From positions 395,498,001 through 395,562,000 of the forward strand of contig OZ024741.1 in assembly GCA_964016885.1 (NCBI GenBank): a stretch of 64,000 bases of DNA, written 5' to 3'. The notes under the pieces are model-generated. The model did no database searches. It worked only from the letters and a program-made list of their open reading frames with translations, and was not told where the DNA came from. Position numbers and translations under genes: made by a program. This stretch comes from Eledone cirrhosa (lineage: Eukaryota). Shown here piece after piece: positions 53,201 to 64,000 of the stretch (within the stretch, counting starts at the first letter, position 1; each line of letters opens with the position of its first letter).

Positions 53201-56200
53201 GGGAGTGTCTTACATTCTTAGTGGCTTAACAACAGGGAAGCCGGAGATATATTCCGACATTAGCTGTGGAGTTAATTCTGTGATAGACTGACATCTTGTC
53301 CAGGGAGTGTCTTACATTCTTAGTGGCTTAACAACAGGGAAACCGGAGATATATACCGACAGTAGCTGGGTGTTAATCCTGTGACAGACTGACACCATTT
53401 CCAGGGAGAGTCTTACACTCTCTGTGGCTTAACAACAGGGAACCCGGAGATATATACCGACAGTAGCTGGGGTGTTAATCCTGTGATAGACTGACACCTT
53501 GTCCAGGGAGAGTCTTACACTCTCAGTGGCTTAACAACAGGGAAAACGGAGATAAATACCGACATTAGCTGTGGAGTTAATCCTGTGATAGACTGGCACC
53601 TTTTCCAGGGAGAGTCTTACACTCTCAGTGGCTTAACAACAGGGAACCCGGAGATATACCGACAGTAGCTGTGGAGTTAACCCTGTGACAGACTGACACC
53701 ATTTCCAGGGACAGTCTTACACTCTCAGTGTCTTATCAACAGGGAAACCGGAGATAAATAACGACAGTAGCTGGGGAGTTAATCCTGTGACAGTCTGACG
53801 CCTTGTCCAGTGACAGTCTTACACTCTCTGTAACTTAACAACAGGGAAATTGGAGATATATACCGACAGTAGCTGGGGAGTTAATCCTGTGATAGACTGC
53901 CACCTTGTCCAGGGAGTGTCTTACACTCTCAGTGGCTTAACAACAGCGAGACCGGAGATAATTACCGACAATTGCTGGGGAGTTAATTCTTTGATAGACT
54001 GACACCTTGTCCAGGGACAGTCTTACACTCTCAGTGGCTTAACAACAGGGAAACTGGAGATATATACCGACAGTAGCTGGGGAGTTCATTCTGTGATAGA
54101 GTGACACCTTGTCCAGGGACAGTCTTACACTCTCAGTGGCTTAACAACAGGGAAACTGGAGATATATACCGACAGTAGCTGGGGAGTTAATTCTGTGATA
54201 GAGTGATACCTTGTCCAGGGACAGTCTTACACTCTCAGTGGCTTAACAACAGGGAAACCGTAGATATATACCGACAGTAGCTGGGGAGTTAATCCTGTGA
54301 TAGACTGCCACCTTGCCCAGGGAGTGTCTTACACTCTCTGTGGCTTAACAGCAGGGAAACCGGAGATATATACCGACAGTAGCTGGGGAGTTAATCCTGT
54401 GATAGACTGACGTCTTGTCCAGGGAGTGTCTTTCCCTCTCAGTGGCTTAACAACAGGGAAACCGGAGATATATACCGACAGTAGCTGGGGAGTTAATCCT
54501 GTGATAGACTGACACCTTGTCCAGGGAGAGTCTTACACTCTCAGTGGCTTAACAACAGGGAAAACGGAGATAATTACCGACAGTAGCTGGGGAGTTAATC
54601 CTGTGATAGACTGACACCTTGTCCAGGGACAGTCTTACACTCTCAGTGGCTTAACAACAGGGAAACTGGAGATATATACCGACAGTAGCTGGGGAGTTAA
54701 TTCTGTGATAGAGTGACATCTTGTCCAGGGAGAGTCTTAAATTCTTAGTGGCTTAACAACAGGGAAACCGGAGATAAATACCGACAGTAGCTGGGGAGCT
54801 AATCCTGTGATAGACTGCCACCTTGTCCAGGGACAGTCTTACACTCTCTGTGGCTTAACAACAGGGAAACCGGAGATATATACCGACAGTAGCTGGGGAG
54901 TTAATCCTGTGATAGACTGACATCTTGTCCAGGGAGTGTCTTACATTCTTAGTGGCTTAACAACAGGGAACCCGGAGATATATACCGACAGTAGCTGGGG
55001 AGTTAATCCTGTGATAGACAGGCACCTTTTCCAGGGAGAGTCTTACACTCTCAGTGGCTTAACAACAGGGAAACCGGAGATATATACCGACATTAGCTGT
55101 GGAGTTAATCCTATGATAGACAGGCACCTTTTCCAGGGAGAGTCTTACACTCTCAGTGGCTTAACAACAGGGAAACCGGAGATATATACCGACAGTAGCT
55201 GGGGAGTTAATCCTGTGATAGACTGACGTCTTGTCCAGGGAGTGTCTTACCTTCTCAGTGGCTTAACAACAGGGAAACCGGAGATAACTACCGACAGTAG
55301 CTGGGGAGTTAATCCTGTCATAGACTGACACCATTTCCAGGGAGAGTCTTACACTCTCAGTGTCTTAACAACAGGGAAACCGGAGATATATACCGACAGT
55401 AGCTGGGGAGTTAATTCTGTGATAGACTGACACCTTGTCCAGGGAGAGTCTTACACTCTCAGTGTCTTAACAACAGGGAAACCGGAGATAAATACCGACA
55501 GTAAGTGGGGAGTTAATACTGTGATAGACTGACATCTTGTCCAGGGAGTGTCTTACATTCTTAGTGGCTTCACAACAGGGAACCCGGAGATATATACCGA
55601 CAGTAGCTGGGGTGTTAATCCTGTGATAGACTGACACCTTGTCCAGGGAGAGTCTTACACTCTCAGTGGCTTAACAACAGGGAAAACAGAGATAAATACC
55701 GACATTAGCTGTGGAGTTAATTCTGTGATAGACTGGCACCTTTTCCAGGGAGAGTCTTACACTCTCAGTGGCTTAACAACAGGGAAACCGGAGATATATA
55801 CCGACAGTAGCTGGAGAGTTAATCCTGTGATAGACTGACACCTTGTCCAGGGAGAGTCTTACATTCTCAGTGGCTTAACAACAGGGAAACCGGAGATATA
55901 TACCGACAGTAGCTGGGGAGTTAATCCTGTGATAGACTGCCACCTTGTCCAGGGAGTGTCTTACACTCTCTGTGGCTTAACAACAGGGAAACCGGAGATA
56001 TATACCTTACAGTAGCTGGGGAGTTAATCCTGTGATAGACTGACACCTTGTCCAGTGACAGTCTTACACTCTCAGTGGCTTAACAACAGGGAAACCTGAG
56101 ATATATACCGACAGTAGCTGGGGAGTTAACCCTGTGACAGACTGACACCATTTCCAGGGAGAGTCTTACACTCTCTGTGTCTTATCAACAGGGAAACCGG

Positions 56201-59200
56201 AGATAAATAACGACAGTAGCTGGGGAGTTAATCCTGTGACAGACTGACGCCTTGTCCAGTGACAGTCTTACACTCTCAGTGGCTTAACAACAGGGAAATT
56301 GGAGATATATACCGACAGAAGCTGGGGAGTTAATTCTGTGATAGACTGACACCTTGTCCAGTGATAGTCTTACACTCTCGGTAGCTTAACAACAGGGAAG
56401 TTGGAGATATATACCGACAGTAGCTGGGGAGTTAATTCTGTGATAGACTGACACCTTGTCCAGTGACAGTCTTACACTCTCAGTCGCTTTACAACAGGGA
56501 AACCGGAGATATATACCGACAGTAGTTGGGGAGTTAATCCTGTGATAGACTGACACCTTGTCCAGGGACAGTCTTACATTCTCAGTGGCTTAACAACAGG
56601 GAAACTGGAGATATATACCGACAGTAGCTGGGGAGTTAATTCTGTGATAGAGTGACATCTTGTCCAGGGAGAGTCTTAAATTCTTAGTGGCTTAACAACA
56701 GGGAAACCGGAGATAAATACCGACAGTAGCTGGGGAGGTAATCCTGTGATAGACTGACACCTTGTCCAGTGACAGTTTTACACTCTCAATGGCTTAACAA
56801 CAGGGAAACCGGAGATAAATACCGACAGTAGCTGGGGAGTTAATCCTGTGATAGACTGACACCTTTTCCAGGGAGAGTCTTACACTCTCAGTGGCTTAAC
56901 GACAGGGAAACCGGAGATATATACCGACAGTAGCTGGGGAGTTAATCCTGTGATAGACTGCCACCTTTTCCAGGGAGAGTCTTACACTCTCAGTGGCTTA
57001 ACAACAGGGAAACCGAGGATATATACCGACAGTAACTGGGGAGTTAATCCTGTGATAGACTGCCACCTTGCCCAGGGAGTGTCTTACACTCTCTGTGGCT
57101 TAACAACAGGGAAACCGGAGATATATACCGACAGTAGCTGTGGAGTTAATTCTGTGATAGACTGACACCTTGTCCAGGGAGAGTCTTACACTCTCAGTGG
57201 CTTAACAACAGGGAGACCGGAGATAAATAACGACAGTACCTGGGGAGTTAATTCTGTGATAGACTGACATCTTTTCCAGGGACAGTTTTACACTCTCAGT
57301 GGCTTAACAACAGGGAAACCGGAGATATATACCGACAGTAGCTGGGGAGTTAATTCTGTGATAGACTGACATCTTTTCCAGGGAGAGTCTTACATTCTCA
57401 GTGGCTTAACAACAGGGAAACCGGAGATATATACCGACAGTAGCTGGGGAGTTAATTCTGTGATAGAGTGACACCTTGTCCAGGGACAGTCTTACACTCT
57501 CAGTGGCTTAACAACAGGGAAACCGGAGATATATACCGGCAGTAGCTGGGGAGTTAATTCTGTGATAGACTGACATCTTGTCCAGGGAGAGTCTTAAATT
57601 CTTAGTGGCTTAACAACAGGGAAACCGGAGATAAATACCGACAGTAGCTGGGGAGGTAATCCTGTGATAGACTGACACCTTGTCCAGTGACAGTCTTACA
57701 CTCTCTGTGGCTTAACAACAGGGAAACCGGAGATAAATACCGACAGTAGCTGGGGAGTTAATCCTGTGATAGACTGACACCATGTCCAGTGACAGTCTTA
57801 CTCTCTCAGTGGCTTAGCAACAGGGAAACCGGAGATATATACCGACAGTAGTTGGGGAGTTAATCCTGTGATAGACTGACGTCTTGTCCAGTGACAGTCT
57901 TACACTCTCAGTGGCTTAAAAACAGGGAAACGGAGATAAATACCGACATTAGCTGTGGAGTTGATCCTGTGATAGACTGGCACCTTTTCCAGGGAGAGTC
58001 TTACACTCTCAGTGGCTTAACAACAGGGAAACCGGAGATATATACCGACAGTAGCTGGGGAGTTAATCCTGTGATAGACTGCCACCTTGTCCAGGGAGTG
58101 TCTTACACTCTCTGTGGCTTAACAGCAGGGAAACCGGAGATATATACTGACAGTAGCTGGGGAGTTAATCCTGTGATAGACTGACGTCTTGTCCAGGGAG
58201 TGTCTTACCCTCTCAGTGGCTTAACAACAGGGAAAACGGAGATATATACCGACAGTAGCTGGGGAGTTAATCCTGTGATAGACTGACATCTTGTCCAGGT
58301 AGAGTCTTACGCTCTCAGTGGCTTAACAACAGGGAAAACGGAGATAATTACCGACAGTAGCTGGGGAGTTAATCCTGTGATAGACTGACGTCTTGTCCAG
58401 GGAGTGTCTTACCCTCTCAGTGGCTTAACAACAGGGAAACCGGAGATATATACCGACAGTAGCTGGGGAGTTAATCCTGTGATAGACTGACACCTTGTCC
58501 AGGTAGAGTCTTACACTCTCAGTGTCTTAACAACAGGGAAACCGGAGATAAATACCGACAGTAACTGGGGAGTTAATTCTGTGATAGACTGACGTCTTGT
58601 CCAGTGACAGTCTTACACTCTCAGTGGCTTAACAACAGGGAAACTGGAGATATATACCGACAGTAGCTGGGGAGTTAATCCTGTGATAGACTGACGTCTT
58701 GTCCAGTGACAGTCTTACACTCTCAGTGGCTTAACAACAGGGAAACTGGAGATATATACCGACAGTAGCTGGGGAGTTCATTCTGGGATAGAGTGACACC
58801 TTGTCCAGGGACAGTCTTACACTCTCAGTGGCTTAACAACAGGGAAACTGGAGATATATACCGACAGTAGCTGGGGAGTTCATTCTGGGATAGAGTGACA
58901 CCTTGTCCAGGGACAGTCTTACACTCTCAGTGGCTTAACAACAGGGAAACTGGAGATATATACCGACAGTAGCTGGGGAGTTCATTCTGGGATAGAGTGA
59001 CACCTTGTCCAGGGACAGTCTTACACTCTCAGTGGCTTAACAACAGGGAAACTGGAGATATATACCGACAGTAGCTGGGGAGTTAATTCTGTGATAGACT
59101 GACACCTTGTCCAGGGAGTGTCTTACATTCTTAGTGGCTTAACAACAGGGAACCCGGAGATATATACCGACAGTAGATGGGGAGTTAATTCTGTGATAGA

Positions 59201-62200
59201 CTGACATCTTGTCCAGGGAGTGTCTTACATTCTTAGTGGCTTAACAACAGGGAACCCGGAGATATATACCGACAGTAGATGGGGAGTTAATCCTGTGATA
59301 GACTGGCACATTTTCCAGGGAGAGTCTTACACTCTCAGTGGCTTAACAACAGGGAACCCGGAGATATATACCGACAGTAGCTGGGGAGTTAATCCTGTGA
59401 TAGACTGACGTCTTGTCCAGGGAGTGTCTTACCCTCTCAGTGGCTTAACAACAGGGAAACTGGAGATATATACCGACAGTAGCTGGGGAGTTAATCCTGT
59501 GATATACTGACACCTTGTCCAGGTAGAGTCTTATACTCTCAGTGGCTTAACAACAGGGAAAACGGAGATAATCACCGACAGTAGCTGGGGAGTTAATCCT
59601 GTGATAGACTGACACCTTGTCCAGGGACAGTCTTACACTCTCAGTGGCTTAACAACAGGGAAACTGGAGATATATACCGACAGTAGCTGGGGAGTTAATT
59701 CTGTGATAGAGTGACATCTTGTCCAGGGAGAGTCTTAAATTCTTAGTGGCTTAACAACAGGGAAACCGGAGATAAATACCGACAGTAGCTGGGGAGCTAA
59801 TCCTGTGATAGACTGCCACCTTGTCCAGGGACAGTCTTACACTCTCTGTGGCTTAACAACAGGGAAACCGGAGATATATACCGACAGTAGCTGGGGAGTT
59901 AATCCTGTGATAGACTGACATCTTGTCCAGGGAGTGTCTTACATTCTTAGTGGCTTAACAACAGGGAACCCGGAGATATATACCGACAGTAGCTGGGGAG
60001 TTAATCCTGTGATAGACAGGCACCTTTTCCAGGGAGAGTCTTACACTCTCAGTGGCTTAACAACAGGGAAACCGGAGATATATACCGACATTAGCTGTGG
60101 AGTTAATCCTATGATAGACAGGCACCTTTTCCAGGGAGAGTCTTACACTCTCAGTGGCTTAACAACAGGGAAACCGGAGATATATACCGACAGTAGCTGG
60201 GGAGTTAATCCTGTGATAGAATGACGTCTTGTCTAGGGAGTGTCTTACCTTCTCAGTGGCTTAACAACAGGGAAACCGGAGATAACTACCGACAGTAGCT
60301 GGGGAGTTAATCCTGTCATAGACTGACACCTTGTCCAGGGAGAGTCTTACACTCTCAGTGTCTTAACAACAGGGAAACCGGAGATATATACCGACAGTAG
60401 CTGGGGAGTTAATTCTGTGATAGACTGACACCTTGTCCAGGGAGAGTCTTACACTCTCAGTGTCTTAACAACAGGGAAACCGGAGATAAATACCGACAGT
60501 AAGTGGGGAGTTAATACTGTGATAGACTGACATCTTGTCCAGGGAGTGTCTTACATTCTTAGTGGCTTCACAACAGGGAACCCGGAGATATATACCGACA
60601 GTAGCTGGGGAGTTAATCCTGTCATAGACTGACACCTTGTCCAGGGAGAGTCTTACACTCTCAGTGGCTTAACAACAGGGAAAACAGAGATAAATACCGA
60701 CATTAGCTGTGGAGTTAATCCTGTGATAGACTGGCACCTTTTCCAGGGAGAGTCTTACACTCTCAGTGGCTTAACAACAGGGAAACCGGAGATATATACC
60801 GACAGTAGCTGGAGAGTTAATCCTGTGATAGACTGACACCTTGTCCAGTGACAGTCTTACACTCTCAGTGGCTTAACAACAGGGAAACCTGAGATATATA
60901 CCGACAGTAGCTGGGGAGTTAACCCTGTGACAGACTGACACCATTTCCAGGGAGAGTCTTACACTCTCTGTGTCTTATCAACAGGGAAACCGGAGATAAA
61001 TAACGACAGTAGCTGGGGAGTTAATCCTGTGACAGACTGACGCCTTGTCCAGTGACAGTCTTACACTCTCAGTGGCTTAACAACAGGGAAATTGGAGATA
61101 TATACCGACAGAAGCTGGGGAGTTAATTCTGTGATAGACTGACACCTTGTCCAGTGATAGTCTTACACTCTCGGTAGCTTAACAACAGGGAAGTTGGAAA
61201 TATATACCGACAGTAGCTGGGGAGTTAATTCTGTGATAGACTGACACCTTGTCCAGTGACAGTCTTACACTCTCAGTCGCTTTACAACAGGGAAACCGGA
61301 GATATATACCGACAGTAGTTGGGGAGTTAATCCTGTGATAGACTGACACCTTGTCCAGGGACAGTCTTACATTCTCAGTGGCTTAACAACAGGGAAACTG
61401 GAGATATATACCGACAGTAGCTGGGGAGTTAATTCTGTGATAGAGTGACATCTTGTCCAGGGAGAGTCTTAAATTCTTAGTGGCTTAACAACAGGGAAAC
61501 CGGAGATAAATACCGACAGTAGCTGGGGAGGTAATCCTGTGATAGACTGACACCTTTTCCAGGGATAGTCTTACACTCTCAGTGGCTTAACAACAGGGAA
61601 ACTGGAGATATATACCGACAGTAGCTGGGGAGTTAATTCTGTGATAGAGTGACACCTTGTCCAGGGACAGTCTTACACTCTCAGTGGCTTAACAACAGGG
61701 AAACCGGAGATATATACCGGCAGTAGCTGGGGAGTTAATTCTGTGATAGACTGACATCTTGTCCAGGGAGAGTCTTAAATTCTTAGTGGCTTAACAACAG
61801 GGAAACCGGAGATAAATACCGACAGTAGCTGGGGAGGTAATCCTGTGATAGACTGACACCTTGTCCAGTGACAGTCTTACACTCTCTGTGGCTTAACAAC
61901 AGGGAAACCGGAGATAAATACCGACAGTAGCTGGGGAGTTAATCCTGTGATAGACTGACACCATGTCCAGTGACAGTCTTACTCTCTCAGTGGGTTAACA
62001 ACAGGGAAACCGGAGATATATACCGACAGTAGTTGGGGAGTTAATCCTGTGATAGACTGACGTCTTGTCCAGTGACAGTCTTACACTCTCAGTGGCTTAA
62101 AAACAGGGAAACGGAGATAAATACCGACATTAGCTGTGGAGTTGATCCTGTGATAGACTGGCACCTTTTCCAGGGAGAGTCTTACACTCTCAGTGGCTTA

Positions 62201-64000
62201 ACAACAGGGAAACCGGAGATATATACCGACAGTAGCTGGGGAGTTAATCCTGTGATAGACTGCCACCTTGTCCAGGGAGTGTCTTACACTCTCTGTGGCT
62301 TAACAGCAGGGAAACCGGAGATATATACTGACAGTAGCTGGGGAGTTAATCCTGTGATAGACTGACGTCTTGTCCAGGGAGTGTCTTACCCTCTCAGTGG
62401 CTTAACAACAGGGAAAACGGAGATATATACCGACAGTAGCTGGGGAGTTAATCCTGTGATAGACTGACATCTTGTCCAGGTAGAGTCTTACGCTCTCAGT
62501 GGCTTAACAACAGGGAAAACGGAGATAATTACCGACAGTAGCTGGGGAGTTAATCCTGTGATAGACTGACGTCTTGTCCAGGGAGTGTCTTACCCTCTCA
62601 GTGGCTTAACAACAGGGAAACCGGAGATATATACCGACAGTAGCTGGGGAGTTAATCCTGTGATAGACTGACACCTTGTCCAGGTAGAGTCTTACACTCT
62701 CAGTGTCTTAACAACAGGGAAACCGGAGATAAATACCGACAGTAACTGGGGAGTTAATTCTGTGATAGACTGACGTCTTGTCCAGTGACAGTCTTACACT
62801 CTCAGTGGCTTAACAACAGGGAAACTGGAGATATATACCGACAGTAGCTGGGGAGTTAATCCTGTGATAGACTGACGTCTTGTCCAGTGACAGTCTTACA
62901 CTCTCAGTGGCTTAACAACAGGGAAACTGGAGATATATACCGACAGTAGCTGGGGAGTTCATTCTGGGATAGAGTGACACCTTGTCCAGGGACAGTCTTA
63001 CACTCTCAGTGGCTTAACAACAGGGAAACTGGAGATATATACCGACAGTAGCTGGGGAGTTCATTCTGGGATAGAGTGACACCTTGTCCAGGGACAGTCT
63101 TACACTCTCAGTGGCTTAACAACAGGGAAACTGGAGATATATACCGACAGTAGCTGGGGAGTTCATTCTGGGATAGAGTGACACCTTGTCCAGGGACAGT
63201 CTTACACTCTCAGTGGCTTAACAACAGGGAAACTGGAGATATATACCGACAGTAGCTGGGGAGTTAATTCTGTGATAGACTGACACCTTGTCCAGGGAGT
63301 GTCTTACATTCTTAGTGGCTTAACAACAGGGAACCCGGAGATATATACCGACAGTAGATGGGGAGTTAATTCTGTGATAGACTGACATCTTGTCCAGGGA
63401 GTGTCTTACATTCTTAGTGGCTTAACAACAGGGAACCCGGAGATATATACCGACAGTAGATGGGGAGTTAATCCTGTGATAGACTGGCACATTTTCCAGG
63501 GAGAGTCTTACACTCTCAGTGGCTTAACAACAGGGAACCCGGAGATATATACCGACAGTAGCTGGGGAGTTAATCCTGTGATAGACTGACGTCTTGTCCA
63601 GGGAGTGTCTTACCCTCTCAGTGGCTTAACAACAGGGAAACTGGAGATATATACCGACAGTAGCTGGGGAGTTAATCCTGTGATATACTGACACCTTGTC
63701 CAGGTAGAGTCTTATACTCTCAGTGGCTTAACAACAGGGAAAACGGAGATAATCACCGACAGTAGCTGGGGAGTTAATCCTGTGATAGACTGACACCTTG
63801 TCCAGGGACAGTCTTACACTCTCAGTGGCTTAACAACAGGGAAACTGGAGATATATACCGACAGTAGCTGGGGAGTTAATTCTGTGATAGAGTGACATCT
63901 TGTCCAGGGAGAGTCTTAAATTCTTAGTGGCTTAACAACAGGGAAACCGGAGATAAATACCGACAGTAGCTGGGGAGCTAATCCTGTGATAGACTGCCAC
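47155..64000. repeat. 102-bp satellite, about 165 monomers, runs off the window end; higher-order repeats
   Basis: Consensus GGGAGAGTCTTACACTCTCAGTGGCTTAACAACAGGGAAACCGGAGATATATACCGACAGTAGCTGGGGAGTTAATCCTGTGATAGACTGACACCTTGTCCA. Confidence 0.99.

Noticed and set aside
47155-64000. Satellite as a coding repeat (34 codons; one frame has a single TGA per unit that sometimes varies to TGC, TGG or AGG, suggesting selenocysteine or editing read-through)
   Set aside because: One stop per 34 codons is expected by chance, and a reverse frame also has only one. The unit is SINE-derived, 1-2 bp indels break the frame, and no splice acceptor or SECIS was evident.
47155-64000. Satellite monomer as a hammerhead (CTGAC...GAAAC), as in newt or schistosome satellites
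   Set aside because: The core reads CUGACAC or CUGACGU (A9 lost, G8 usually lost), there is no U16.1 partner for A15.1, and stem I does not form.

Overview
Repeat-dominated animal genomic DNA. The SINE, RTE and microsatellite content suggests a coleoid cephalopod (octopus-like); that is an inference. One host gene is present: 11 in-frame + strand exons from 18569 to 44941 encode C8 - TIL - VWC/TILa - 7x LDL-receptor class A, a SCO-spondin-like architecture. It has one GC-AG intron and a candidate 15-nt micro-exon at 46765. The gene is incomplete at both ends. Other content: kilobase (TA)n/(CA)n arrays; five RTE-clade LINE copies (a PHD-like zinc finger sits inside the RT); CRE-clade LINE fragments; three Penelope-like (GIY-YIG) elements, one forming a 2.9-kb palindrome; an internally deleted mariner; TTAA MITEs; a non-coding LTR element with a tRNA-Trp PBS; many tRNA-derived SINEs; a 200-N gap; and a 102-bp satellite of more than 16.8 kb that starts inside a SINE body and has higher-order repeats. 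The most interesting hidden signal is a set of minimal type I hammerhead-ribozyme motifs with palindromic stem III, including U3-A8 core variants. They sit in Penelope-like ends and in short, often fold-back, elements inserted in TA microsatellites, some on the sense strand of the host gene's introns. Nearly all long ORFs in the supplied track (YI/CV/HT-rich) are microsatellite artefacts. All calls were made by eye; coordinates of degenerate elements are approximate.
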